A stretch of DNA of 64,000 nt from Camelus ferus (GCF_009834535.1 NC_045696.1:104720001-104784000); one strand, 5' to 3'; positions 12,666-26,078 are shown, numbered from the stretch's first letter. Notes: generated by a model not told the origin, from the letters alone. Numbers and translations: made by a program.

Positions 12666-14136
12666 TCTGGGCTGGGTGGCTCTGGGTGGTCTTCAGAACA
12701 CCGCACATAAGCTTTCTACTTCCATACACCACAGTTCTGATTTCAAAGAGGCACAACCGAATCAACTTGTAATTATCCGTATGCAGATGAATTGCTTTGT
12801 GGATTACCTGTGGCAAATGAAAAATGTTAACCCGTAACTAATGTTCCATTCTTGCACACGACACTGTTGGCTGCCTTCCCATCCTCAGTCACCAACTCCC
12901 CTAGGCCTGCAAACTCATTTTAATGCTGGATGGAGCCAAACCAAATCCAGAAGGAAAATCTCTGTGGAAAATGATGAAAATAATGCATAAGAAAGCCAAA
13001 TGTAAATGGCAGCTCATTCAGGGAACCACACACAGCAGGGACCCATTCGTTCCTGACAACTCCAATGTCCACAGCTGAGTCCCAGCAGCCATAGGAAGGG
13101 GGCTGGGGAAGGGGAAGGGAAGGGGCTTGGCCATTGGTGGGACTACACCTGAGTCCTGTCTCCTCACTGGATCCCTGATGTTTGGCAGGTCACTTCATCC
13201 CTGGGCATCAGTCTCTTCATCTGGTATCTAACATGGATGACACAGGGAAAGGCTATGCAGGTTTAGGGTCAGGCATGGTGAGACTGGAAATCAAGCACAG
13301 TCAAAACTGCACTTGAAAAATAGAACAACGGACCCTTAAGTCCTCTTTGAATTGTGAACACCAGACACTTGGAAGCCTCAAAGTTTCCATTTATTTTATT
13401 TTTTCTTTTTCATTCCCCATATTTTCCTGATTCACTGAAGGTGAAGGTCTGGCTTAAAAGGCTGAGGGAGAGATGGGAGCAGGGTGAGGGGCAGGGGATG
13501 CAGAGGTGAGATCCATGGAGGCTTCTCCCGCACTCTCCACACCAGCTCGGCCCCACTGTACCACTGTAACTACCACAACTGCCTAAATGGTTTTTGTTGT
13601 GGGGGTTAAATAGATAGATATGAATTACCCAGTGTCTATCATGTGGTTTGGGGCCTCCCCTTCTGTCTACTGGTCATGGGTAATTGACAACAGATTGCTC
13701 AGCCCTGGAACCAATCACTCTAGAATGGATCGTACATAATAGAGCTGAAAGTTTCTTTAAAATAATCTCAACTAAATTGCTGAATTTATGGAGGAGGAAA
13801 CTGAGGCCGGGGAGGGGAATGAGCTACCAGAGCCGCGCTGCTAGTGTGTGGCAGGGCTGGGACGGGGTCCCCACCCTCCTGACAGTCCTCATCTCCTTCC
13901 GTCCACCACAGGTAGCGTCCACAGGAGCCTGGCTCTGTCTGTGCAGGGAATGAAGCAAAGCCCTCCAGTCCTAAGCTCACAAAAACTTTTCTTAAAAATC
14001 ATGCTCTCCTAAACGTGGCGAGCAGAGTCTTTGTTTACTACTGATCAAACACTCGGGTGTAGGAGATGGGGTATTATGAATTCAGAGACTTGGGACTTCC
14101 TCGGAAGCTGAGGAGAGGCTGCATTATCCTTGGTTT

Positions 14137-14636
14137 TGTGGAGGAAAAATACTGTAAACCATATCAGTAAACAAAGAATGCTGAAACCAAGTCATCAGCG
14201 GCTGCCACACCCTCCACCCCCCAAGGCAAAGAAGACAAGCCTGCAGCCCGGCCTCTGCAGCCACTCACAATGGTGCACTCTGAGAGGACTCAGAATAAGA
14301 AAGGACAGGATACTGGCCCTAGAGAGCCAGGTGCTTGTCAAAGGAATGAATTCAATGAGCCTGAATGTTTCCTCCCTTCCATACATAGAAAAGCACTAAA
14401 TTCTTTAAATTGAGATGTCTGGTTTTCTTCAGTTAACAAGTAATCTTTTAATGTTCTAACTACCTGGTCTTTGTTGTAAAACTCCTATATGTCTTGGTCC
14501 CTCCCCTACCTCCCCTACCTCTTCGGAGCAGTCTGAGAGCAATCTGGGAGGCTGTCATCCAGGGCTGAGTCCTCAGAATGGTCCAGTAAATAAAACATAA
14601 CTCAACTTTTAGGTTGTGCATTTATTTCAGTTGACA
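14137..14636 (+). mobile_element. ERV1-type solo LTR (about 500 bp)
   Basis: TG...CA termini (tgtggagg...cagttgaca), 4-bp flanks gttt/gctt, and AATAAA at about 14589 followed by the U5-like acataactcaacttttaggttgtgcatttatttcagttgaca. Confidence 0.8.
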
Positions 14637-16759
14637 GCTTCTTAAGTATTTGTGATAAACCCTCCCTGTCCCCAAATTCTACCCCAATTATTATAAATAG
14701 GTCCGTTCTGCAGATTTCTATAAAAACCCTCCTCCCTCCTCCCTCAAGCCCAAGCATGGGCAGGACCCACCAAGATCTACCCAGGATAAACCATCTGGGC
14801 AAGTGCCCTCCCCTCTCGGGAATGGTGCAAAGGTTGGTCAGGACACAGGTGGCTTCCCTGTGATGAGGAGGTATTCAACAAAAGAGAAGCAGCTTGATGT
14901 TTTCTTGAGCCTCCATGGCCTCAGCTCAGGCTGGTGCCTGACTTCCCTGAGGATTACAAGAGCAAAACTGAAAATTTCTCTCAGACTTCAAGAGTCTGTA
15001 TTCCAGGAGGGAATCTTCTTTCCTGCTGGGTGTGTGTCATGTCGGATGACTGGCCCACTGATACCAAACACCCGCCTGGAAGTGTGTGATCCTGCCAGAT
15101 GTTTCTTTGCATCCAGCTGTAAAGCAACTTGAACACTGCATCTCTGGTTTGAGAGCCGCATCCTTGCAAACATATTCTGATCATTCACGGGATGTGGGAA
15201 TCGGTGGATTTAGGAAGCGTAAGGTCGGGGCTTTAGTGTCAGGCAAACAGGGTAAGTCCTGGCCCTCCACTGACACAACCTGCAAGTTCCTTGTGCCCCA
15301 ATTCCTCCTTTGTGAAACGGGAACAACCGCAGCAGCCTCCCAGAGTCATCACACAGGTGTGGTGATGCAGGTAAGCCTCCTCATAAATGAAGGTGACACG
15401 GGGGTGTGCAGTGAGGAGCAGATTTTCTCAGAGGAGACAGCAAAGGTTCTATCTTGTTCACCACTGTATCCCCAGCCCTTAGCCCAGGGCAGGTGCTTGA
15501 TACACATGAATAAAGAGAGAATGAATGAGAACCTGAATGGCCTCTGATTTGCAGCCTTGTAGGTACTTAGCAAAGGCCTTGACTACACTTGTAGCAAGAA
15601 CTTGATTAATTAAGGCTCCAACTTACACTTAACAAGTCAGAACCACTTCAGAGATGAACCACTGCAAAGCCGTCTTCCACCAGCACCTGAACTAAGAGTT
15701 CACTCCCTCTCATCCTACTGGCCTCTTTGTGCCACCTGTCCTTTCCAGCTTCTAGCCCACAGTGGGGAGTGGGGTGCAGGGGCCCTGTTACCTTCTCAGC
15801 CACTAAATACCAGGCGTTCTCCTCACTCCCTCCCCTAGAGAGCTGCAGGTTCAGATAGCAATGTAGATGCCACTGCACGAGGATCCACACTCTGGAAGGG
15901 TCCGTGGTGAGCAGCAGCTGATGCAGCCTCCCTTGGTGCCTCGCGGCAGTACGTACAAAGGCACAGCAAGGACCACCACTCACACGAGCACCAAAATCTG
16001 GCTCTGGTAGTTAACCTACTGCCAGAATTGAGGGGAAAATGCTATCTCCCATCAACAAAATGAAAATGAAAAAAATCCACTCATGGCCACCAAAGCTTCT
16101 GAGGCTGAAAGGAAGCAAACCTGTTGACCTGAGAGACAATTCATCCCCTTACATACTCTGCGATCCAGAAGTCAGTACTGACCCAAATACTGAGCCATCT
16201 TTTTCCTCCTAAACAGGTCCTGGTTTGATCAGGCAAAATGCTGACCTCCAAGCAACATCCCCAACTCTCCATCCCCACTCCTGCTGACAACAACCAAGAT
16301 ACACACATCATGGCTTTTATTCTATAGATAGTCCCTAAATTTCAAAAATCTGAGAGCAAATGGATGTGGAGGACATGAAATGGCAGTGACATGTTTTTCC
16401 TAAATACATGGTTTTCATAAGAAGTTGCTGTAATGGTGACCAAGATATGAAGAAACTCAGAGGCTTTTCAAATGGAGAATTGTCATTTTCTATCCATTGT
16501 ATCCTTTCAGAGTGTAAAATCACCAGAAGGTGATAGTGGGCATTATTAATAACAATAGATAAGATTAACTGAATCCTTTCGTGCCAGGCATGGTTACAAG
16601 CTCTCCATGACTATTGATTCATTGTATTCTCCCAGTTACCTGCTGAAAAGTACAGAGAAGTTACACAGCTCACTTAAAGTCACAAGGCCTTTAGATGCAG
16701 AACTAGGTTAAAAGACAACAAATAACGTGAAAACCCAACAGAATTCATTAAAACGAGAT

Positions 16760-18395
16760 GAGTGAAATAAAAAAGGATCACAACAGAACTCAAAAATGCA
16801 GCATCAGAATGAAAATTTGCATTGGTAGCACACAAAAGCAAAATGAACACAGGAAAACTGAGTCAGTGATGAAAAAGTAAAATAAGATGTCTAAGAAGGC
16901 AGGTAAATGCGAAAGTAACAAATGACAATATCAGAACACGTAATACACACAGAGGGCAGAGATTCTAATCACCATCTGTATTTGTGGGGAACAGGATCAG
17001 TAAACAAAGCTATTGTAAATATCTCTTATTTCTCTTGGTAAAATTTTAAAAAAGGAAAAAAAAGCTAAAATCAAACAATTAAAAAAGATTAATCATAATT
17101 GTAAGATTAAAAGATCTTATCATATTCCATAAAAAGAAAGTCAATGGGAAAAAACCCTTTTCCTAGATATACCTAGCTAAATTAACTAATTAACTAATAA
17201 TTGTATTAAGGATGAATACAATTATTAAGACAATTAGTAAAATAATTTTACTCATAAAAAATTAAGTTAGAATCTCACCTCCAATCCCACATCAAAACAA
17301 CTTTCAAATACAGGTATTCCTGCTTCTCAAAAGTTTACTTTATGTTTCTTTGTTTTTTCCAAAGACCTACATTAGTACCTGTTTTCACTAACTGAAAGAA
17401 ATCCGAAGAGGATTTTCCTTTTAAAAAAAAAAAAAAGATGAAAAGCAAAAATAGCGTTGGGTGCTTGTTTTGCAGCAAGCCATTAAGCACCCCAACCAGA
17501 ATGGTGCTGCCAGGCTCCTCCCCAGAAACTACACCCAGCATCTCAACATCAGGACTCCATGGCTTTGAACTGTGTCTGTGAGTATGTGTGCTTTGTCCTG
17601 ATTTATTCTGTGCATCCGCTAGCAAGATGTGGCCTCAGGTAATTGCTCTTTGCTTTATGCCATTTCAGCTTATGAAAGGCTTCATAGGAACGCTCTACTT
17701 TTGGATTGGGGGGACACCTGTAGAGTTAATTTAAAATGAGCCACGTATAACCTTAAGGAAAAAAAACTTCATTAGTATTATTTGCATTTTTGGATGAAGA
17801 ACCTTTTTCTTTTTGCTTAGAGCATAAAGTAATGGGAAAAAATCACAAAAGAAAACATCAATGGATTTGACTAATACAGTTTAAAATTTATACCCAAAAC
17901 AACCTAATCAAAATTTGAAAGCACAAGAGAGTAATATTTCTTACCAAAAAATGTAGTAATGGATTACTATTAAAAAGAGGAAACAAGAGATAGATATTTT
18001 GCATTTTAATTGGGAAGCAATAATCACTTCAATTACAAATATATGTGAGTATAAAACGTACAAAACAAAAAACATATACCCATAAACATTTTGAAAATGT
18101 TCACATTTCCCAGTAATTGACAAAATGCAAAATAAAAGGTGGCTGCAGTTTTGATTATTAAGTGAGCAAAACAAAGGATAGAGCAGTTGGTTTTTAACTG
18201 CTGGTAAGTCAGTTCCTTTCTGGAAGCCATTTCTGCACTGGGTACCAAGAATGCTAACAGTGTATACATTGGACCCGTCAATTCAACTCCTAGGAATGTA
18301 CCTCTCTCACCAATAAAACAAGTACGTGAGGGAATATACAGGAAGACTTCACCAACCCCAAGATGCTCCACGACCCTGTTCTAGATTATTTTAAA
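16760..18395 (+). mobile_element. Very old A-rich L1 remnants, interrupted by a Tigger MITE
   Basis: A-rich L1-like tracts, e.g. aaaatgttcacatttcccagtaattgacaaaatgcaaaataaaa and ggacccgtcaattcaactcctaggaatgtacc. Confidence 0.55.
17311..17720. mobile_element. TcMar-Tigger non-autonomous DNA transposon (MITE), 410 bp
   Basis: TA|caggtattcctgcttctcaaaagt ... acttttggattggggggacacctg|TA: imperfect TIRs with a TA target duplication. Confidence 0.85.
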
Positions 18396-20684
18396 AATTG
18401 CCATCAACATCAGTCCTCATGGGTGTTTTGACTTTCTGAATTTGTGGAGCACGTTCCCAAATGTCATCTTATTTAATTTTTGAAACAACTCCCTGAGGAA
18501 GGCATTATTATCATTATCCCCGCTTGAAGACACTGGAAGACAAAAATGGACAGGTCAATGTAGCCTGATTTAAAGGTCACAGAAAGTTATCTCTTTTGGC
18601 TGAAATCATGCCACCAAGACACGAAAACATGACAGAATGGGAAGGGTGGATCATCTAGACCAACTCCTTTCTCTTACAAGTTAAAGAGTTGGCATTTAGA
18701 GAGGGGAAGATTCTTACTGAGGTTCACGTGGTAATTGAGGAACACTCTCTTGCACTAACTCATTGTAAAGCACAAACATTCCAGGGAAGGAAGACCTGCT
18801 CTCAAACTCTTCTCTTTGCTGTTTGTTAGCTTATTAGCTAAAACACAGGCACCTGAGATGTTGGAAGTGGGACATGTGATGTGTCAGTTGTGATGGAGAA
18901 ATAGGAAGTTAGGGAAAATCTGAAAAAAGTCCCACACTCACCAGGTAGGGCTCTGGTCACACAGTGATCCTGGGGATAGGTTCAGAAGTAGGAACAGGAG
19001 AAAGAGAGAACCAATCCCAGCTGCCTACTGTACTGCTCAGGCCAGGATAGGCTCTGCTATCTCCTGGCACAAGGAATTCCTGGTTCAGGCAGCTGTGTTA
19101 AGGACCACATCTACCTTTTCAGGCCAACCAGGCGCCTAGGACCCCTGAGATTTCTCAGGAAGGACCCCGGACAGCGCTCCACTGGCATTCTATAGAGAAA
19201 AACCAATCAGACCTTCCTTGAACAGAGATCCTAACCAGGAATGTACAGGAGAGTCCACGAGGAGCTTCCCTGGGAGATTCTAACCCTGGTTTCAGCCTCT
19301 CTCCTCGGCTGCTCTGAATCCACTTGGTAGTACGTTTATCAGATACTTCACTATTTAAAAGGAGAAGCACAGACGAGTTGGTTTGGGGAGCTTTTTCAGG
19401 TCTGCAAAATAAGAATTGGGTTTGACTTTTATGTGTCAGGTGTCTTCATATTTGACAAGAGCAGATGGATATTAACGAAGCCAGAACCCACCTGGAGCCT
19501 TTCAAGATCATTTCCTGCTGGCTGGGGCTGCGATTCCTCCATCAGCTCCTTTAGGGCTACTTTGACAAATCCCTGCCCTGCCACTCATTCTCAGCTTCCG
19601 CCTTGGCCTCTGCTCCCAGAATGGGGGAGGCCAGCCCCAGCTGCAGAGTGTACCTTTCCCTCCAGACCTCTGCCTCCAGCTGAGCCCAGGTGTTCACTCT
19701 AGAGAAAGGGAAGATGTCCTGTGGGTCCCCTCCCTGCCTCTCTCAACTCCCTGACTCCACTACCAGATAACCTGCCCTCCCTCCTCCCTCCCATCCCCCT
19801 GTAGTAAACAGACTAATTTGGAATTGTTTACAGCTATGGATCTCAGCAGCAGTATTTCCACAGGCAATTTGTTACTAATAAAAGCAAACGTTCTGAAGTT
19901 TGTGAATGATTTCCTCTTTACTTTTTTTAAATAGGAGCAGATTCAAGGTTATATTGGTAATAAAATCTCTTATTCTTGTGCATTGTCTTCAGGGATGGAA
20001 GACGGAGCTTCTAGTCCCCAGGGGCACAGTGCATGCTCCACCCACCCTGTGCGGTGCCCTGGGGCTGATCCGTGGGCACTGCTGATTTGGAGCTTTGTGA
20101 GGCTTGGCTGTTTGCACTGCTCAGGGAGTAAGAGCTCCTTAGGGCAGGGACCTTGCCTTATTGTCCTCTGGGCTCCAGCCCCACACACAGTGCCTGCATA
20201 CTGTAGGTGCTCAGTCATGGTGGAGTGGCAGAAGGCGGTGTTTTGACTGATGAGCTTGTTGACTAACTGAGATCTGCATCGTGAACATGTGTAGAATGTG
20301 GCTGTGTGGGGTCAGGTCTGAGCAGCAACGATACCCAATCCTCAGTCTCCTCATCCCGGCTCTGTGGATTTCCTCACCTTGTCAGCTTTCCAACCTCAAT
20401 TTAATGTCTCTGATAGACTCACCTTTTGTGACCCAGGAGGTGCTTAGAATTGTCTTTCTCAGAACCCCATTTCATGATTCGGCTAATCTGGTCAGAGAAC
20501 ATTTATGGGATGTTCAGGTGCTCGGTAAGCATGTCCTGCCCTCTGGCCTACATTGAGCGCTCCTCATGGGTGGGCATGTCTTCTGCCTCTGCATATATTC
20601 CCCCCTTCCAGCATCGAGGACTACCTGTGAGCTCCATCAGCAATTTGAACTGAGTTGAAACACACAGGGGCATGATGATAAAGA

Positions 20685-20830
20685 AATTTTAAAAATTTGG
20701 CTGTCAGAGGGACCTGGGTTCAGATCACAACAAATCCCTTCAGATGCTGTGTGATCTTTGGCAATTTACATAACCTCTCTGACTCTCACTTTTCTCAACT
20801 TTAAGATGCGCACAATAGAGCATCCATTAC
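20685..20830 (+). mobile_element. MIR SINE
   Basis: gacctgggttcagatc...gctgtgtgatctttggcaatttacataacctctctgactctcacttttctc. Confidence 0.75.
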
Positions 20831-23361
20831 AATGACAAGTCGTGCCCTTGTTAAGGTCAGGAAGAACCACATCTTAGAGAAACTGCCCACCTTTTTTTTC
20901 ACTTGAATCCTGATTCCTCCACTCCCCACCATGTTTTGAGTCCCTAAGAGTCATTAGCAGGTCAGTAGTGCCACGAGGCCACCAATGCATTGTCATTAGG
21001 GACTGCCAGTCCTTTCCAATGGCCTCACAGAACCAGAACAGGGACAGGCAAGCCTAACCAGCCACCAGCAGCACTGCAGCCTGGCTGCCTGGGGGCAGTG
21101 ACCAGGGCGACAGGCCCCCTGGCCACCGCAGGGACCTCAAGGTGGCTCATGTTGCCCTTCAGATGTTGGGGAGGGGGCTCTCAGCACATCCTGGCTCCCC
21201 CAGGAAGAGACATTTGCACATACCTGGAGTGACAGATATGCTAAGCATCACACTTACCCTTAGTTCCAGATCCTTTGCCCCCACCCCCAAGTTCTGCCCA
21301 GGCGCCTCGTTAACGGCAACCAGCCAGCCAAGGAATGTGCCTTTCCCCAAATTAACACACAACCACACAAACACACGTGCAAGTAATTCTAAGAGCTAGT
21401 TTACCAAGAAGTCATGATGTGCCAGACACTGTTTTCCATGTACTCATTCATTAATACTTCCCTCAAGTCTGAGACATAGGTATCGTGAGGATGAGGAAAG
21501 GGAGGCACAGAGAGATCAGGAACCTGTGCAAGGGCCAGATGATGGCCCATCAGTCCAGCCTCTCTAAGCCATCGTGTCTTCCGCAACGGTCCCACACACC
21601 AACAGCCACCATGCGTAGACCCCTGACACATTCCAGAAGCTATTTTAGATGTTACGATTTCTATACTCTGAAAGGGGAAATTGAAATTTTGAAAAGTTAA
21701 GTGACTTACCCAAGATCACACAGGCAGAAAGTGACTATAAGGCCGAGCCTTGCTAACATGCACTGCATCCCAAAAGACACTTTCCTTTGGAAAATGGGGA
21801 GCAGAAGGAAAGGGAGCTCCACGGAGAGTAACTGAAAAGGAAGCCTCCTTATAGGGTGATCCTCGCTGGGTCCGAGACCTGGAAGAGACACCTTTCTCTC
21901 CTGTCTTTGTTCCGTCCTCCAGCACCTGTCAGTTAGGTCGAACCTGGGAGTTTATTTCCTTCCCACATTAAGTTCAGGTTCCACGTTAAGTAAAATCCTT
22001 GTAGCCTTGACCTGTTGCTCCTCCTCCTCCTCTTCCTCCTCTGCCTTTGAGCCTAATGCTATTATTACCATCCCTGGAACCTCTCCAAGACAAGCACTGC
22101 CAAGAGAAGCCATTGTCTTGTCAGGAAAGTCCATTAAGGCTGTCAGGCTCCCTAACAAATCAATCAGGCACCAAGAGGTCTTTCAAAATGGTATCATTTG
22201 CTATTCAGGCAGAAACAGATAACCATCCCGGGTGAGCGGCAGAGGCACGGGCCTTGGGCCAAGTGGCACCGTGGCCTCAAGAAAAGAGCTGACATTCTCC
22301 ACCAACAAATAGCGTGGGGTGTGCTTCCTTCTCCCATATTAAACAAAACAAAACAGCCCTTTTCTTGACTCCTCCTTTCCCATCAGCTAGTATCCCATTG
22401 GTAATTGTCTGTGTCTCGTTCTCAACTCTCTGGGATGTGAGCTTTACTAGGGCACAGAACTCTTTCTGGTTTGCTGATTTGTATCCTAAGCTTTTAGAAC
22501 AGAGCTTAGCACATAGTAGGTGCTATTTTTGCATTAATAATTAGTCTTTCCCACCACCAAACTTTATTGCATAATCACAGTTAACCCTGGTAGCTGTCAA
22601 GATGTGCCACTTAGATCTCCCACGCCATCCAGTCCCATCAAAAACCTTCCTGGCTCCCCGCTGAGTACAAACTCCCAGGCCGGCAGTGAATGTGCCCCAC
22701 ATTTTTGTCCCCTTGCTCTGTCCTCGCTGTGACTCCCACCTCCTCCGTACACGAGGCCTGTGTGCCGGGAAAAGGGACTGACCACATCTTTCTCCCACTG
22801 GGTCGCTGCTCCTGGTTTCCCTTCTTTTGAATGAAGCCTCTGGGACCCAACTGTCTCTCACTGGCCATTTCAAGAATCCCTTCCCACACCAATACTGCAC
22901 TGGGGCCACACTGGTCTTGAAAGGCCACAGTGGACTTGACAGTGCCTCTCATGTCAGCTAACTCACTGAGTAAATGTTTAGAGATATTCACTTCAGGCAA
23001 CAAGAAGAGGACTTTAAAGCCATTTATCTACTTTTCACTTAACAGATGTTTTTGCTCTGTTCAAGGAGCGGGGACCTAGAGGCAAGTAGGTTACCCTCCC
23101 CAACTTCAGGGCGGTGCCAGTTGGGAGACGAGAGAGCTGCATGAACAAACAGTTCCAAGGTCATGCTATCAAGGTCCTGTCAAGGGAAGCATTGGGTGAT
23201 ATGTCAGTAGGATGGGGGGAGGGGCTGGGAAGGCTGAGAGAGGAGGGGGCTGAGCCAAGGTCTAAAGATAGGGGAGGGGTTGGAGAGAAGGGGTAGCCTC
23301 CTAGAGCAGAGACCAGTGAGGGACAGACTCAGTAATGTTTGTTCAATTCAAGTCAATCTTT

Positions 23362-23440
23362 TATTTGGAGGTACTGGGGATTGAACCCAGGACTGCATGC
23401 ATGCTAAGCAAAGGCTTTACCACTGAGCTGTATCCTCCCC
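23362..23440 (-). mobile_element. Short tRNA-derived SINE (camelid Vic-1-like) with perfect 15-bp TSD
   Basis: Reverse complement ggggaggatacagctcagtggtaaagcctttgcttagcatgcatgcagtcctgggttcaatccccagtacctcc has A/B boxes. TSD ttcaagtcaatcttt at 23347-23361 and 23441-23455. Confidence 0.9.
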
Positions 23441-24689
23441 TTCAAGTCAATCTTTGTGAAAACTTCTGTCTTTGATGCTCTTGCAAACATTTCATGATAT
23501 ACACACAATGCTTTCATTAACTAAAGAAAAACTCAGATGCCTTAGAACTAGACATGCTTTTTGAAACTAATAGCAGGATCTTGGATTTCAAAACAGCCTT
23601 TTTAAAATTTCCAGATGATTTCATATCCGTGATACATTTGAGTTTTTGTTTCTCACATCTGTCTTGTAGATATAAAGAACATGGCATTAGCACTCCCATT
23701 TCACAGATTTGGAAATAAACTTGGGAATGTTGTATGGCTTGCTAACATACACAAGCTGTTTTAAACACCGATCCCTTCTCTCCCCCTCCTAAGACTTTCT
23801 GCTCCATTGGGAGGTCATTTCCCAGAGTCTAAGGATGAAGTAGTTTAGGGGCTCCATGCAGCCCTTAAAACCTATTGAAATTTGCCAAGCATTTTTCAGG
23901 GCATTAAGTTCTGTATCTTTCATTATATATCACAGGGACTGAGATTTTAAAATGTGTACAAAACCACTGCATCATACGACAACTAAGGCCACTTAGGAAA
24001 AACAGACATCTTGGCTTTCATGATGTCCTTGACCAAGGACAAACTTGGAACTGGTTTATACAGCTCCTACCTAGAACAAAGTTTCTGGGGGAAGCAGCAT
24101 GAGGCTATGTGTATAGTACAGACTCCTCTGAGCTGAACTGCCTTCATGCCTGCACTAAAGGTCTCCTAGGAAGTACCTGGAAATAGCCACCAGCTGCTCT
24201 GATTCTAGCATAGCTAATGCCCTCCAGCCAGAATTTGAACTCTATTTGTGCACAGTGTTTGGGTTCAGTGCCTCTAAATTTAAAAGACCTTAGCAATGTC
24301 TAACACCCACCGTCTGATTTGGGTTAAATATCATTAAAGTCTAATGAAGTGATTGCTAGAGGGGAGCTCTACTGAGGCCACCTGACGGCCAGATGCACGC
24401 ACTAGTCTGTTCATCCCAGTGGGTCTTTGAAGGACAACCTCAGGGAACATCAGATTCACCTGCGGTGCTTATTAGCTGTCTAGCTGTCCAGAGCTAGACC
24501 CACTGAGCCCATCTCTGGGAAGGCCAGCTGCAGGCAAGTGTGGGGACGCTGGGATGGAAGGAGACTGGGAGGAAGGATGTCCAGTGTGTCCCAATCATCC
24601 CAGGTGACAATAACCACCTGGGCAGGGGCCTGAGAGGCTCCAAGTTTGACAAGCACCCAGCCAGTAGGAAGCACTGATTTATTTGGTAG

Positions 24690-24845
24690 TTTCCGAATCT
24701 GGCCCTACATCAGAATTGCCTAGAAAGTCTCAAAACAATTCTGATCCCCAGATCCACTTCAGAACAACTGAGTTGAATTCTTTAGGGATGAAACCCGTGA
24801 CTGTGATTTTTAGATTCGTGGGTGATTCTGATGTTCGGGCAAAGA
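24690..24845. mobile_element. MER5A-like hAT MITE (decayed)
   Basis: catcagaattgcctagaaag...cccagatccacttcagaacaactgagttgaattctttagggatgaaacc...ggtgattctgatg. Confidence 0.55.
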
Positions 24846-25181
24846 AGAGGATGATCAGAGAAGTGTTGCTCTGACAGAGTAACTCTGGACATCCACAAAG
24901 ACCACATGACTTGTATGTGGTGGATTGATTTCTCACCTCTGGGCCTGTCGCCCTTGTGGGGATTTGAGAGAAAGCGGGGTAGTCAGCACTCAGACGGAAG
25001 ATGAGTAGATGATACATCCCTGCACACGTGGGTTCCGATCAGGCCTTGGAGAACCAGACCTGGGCACCAGAATCAGACCTATGAGGGTGCAGACTGTACC
25101 TGGCAAGTCATCTGAAGGCCCTGTTTATTCATCTCTAAAGTGGAGATAATATTAATTTCAGCCTAATGAGATTGTTCAGAG

Positions 25182-25381
25182 CAGGGATGGGCACATTACA
25201 CCCAAGGGCTAAATTCAGCCATCCAGTTTTTATTTTTTTTCATAGTCTGCAGACTAAGAATGGCTCTTATATCTTTAAATAGTTACATTTTAAATTATTA
25301 TGTTAAGATGTTACCTCTTGACTTGCAAAGCCTAAATTATTTACTATCGGGCCTTATTGTAAGAAAGTTTGCTGACCCCAG
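25182..25381. mobile_element. MER58-like hAT-Charlie MITE inserted in a MIR
   Basis: cagggatgggcac...gcaaagcctaaattatttactatcgggccttattgtaagaaagtttgctgacccca. MIR halves lie on both sides (about 25070-25180 and 25385-25440). Confidence 0.65.
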
Positions 25382-25454
25382 GTTTAGAGGGTTAAAAGAA
25401 ATAATCTATGTGAAGTGCCTAGCATATATTACACGTTATTAACTTTCCAAGAGC

Positions 25455-25753
25455 TTTTGGGATCTGAGATCATCCTTTTCCAGCAGCCAGAACGAAAGCA
25501 GGGACAGCAGTCCTACAGCCACAAGAAGCTGAATTCTGCCAACAACCAGGGGTCCTGGAGGAAGATCCCCAGCTCCAGGTGAGAATGCAGCCCTGTTGAC
25601 ACCTTGGCTTCTGCTGGGTGAGACCCTGAGCAGAGGACCCAGCCACACTGTGCCCAGTCTCCTGATTCTCCAAAACTGCTATTATAAAACAGATTTTGTT
25701 TTAAGCCACTGAATGTGTGGCACTTTGTTAAGCAGCACGAGAAAACTCAGACA
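25455..25753 (+). mobile_element. MaLR LTR (MLT1-type), 3' part
   Basis: agtcctacagccacaagaagctgaattctgccaacaacc...gagaccctgagcagaggacccagcc...ttgttttaagccactgaatgtgtggcactttgttaagcagca. Confidence 0.8.
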
Positions 25754-25854
25754 AGCCTTCAGACACCAAAAAGCTGACCATTCTTTCCAGGAAAAGGCAC
25801 CCCGACTTTCCCCTCATGCTCTATAAGTCACCCACCTACTTTTTTGGGTTATTC

Positions 25855-26078
25855 TTTTTTTTCAATTAAAAATTTTTTTTTTATTGAAGTGTATTTGATT
25901 TACAATGTTAGTTCCAGGTGTACAGCGAAGTAATTCAGTTACACTTTGTTAGACATATACATACATATATATTTTTTCTTTTCAGATTCTTTTCCATTAT
26001 ATGTTATTATAAGACATTGAATACAATTCTCTATGCTATGCAGTAGGTCCTTGTTGTTTATCTATTTTATATATGGTA
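25855..26078 (-). mobile_element. Short L1 3'-UTR fragment
   Basis: T-run followed by ttattgaagtgtatttgatttacaatgttagttccaggtgtacagc...ttcagattcttttccattata. Confidence 0.85.
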
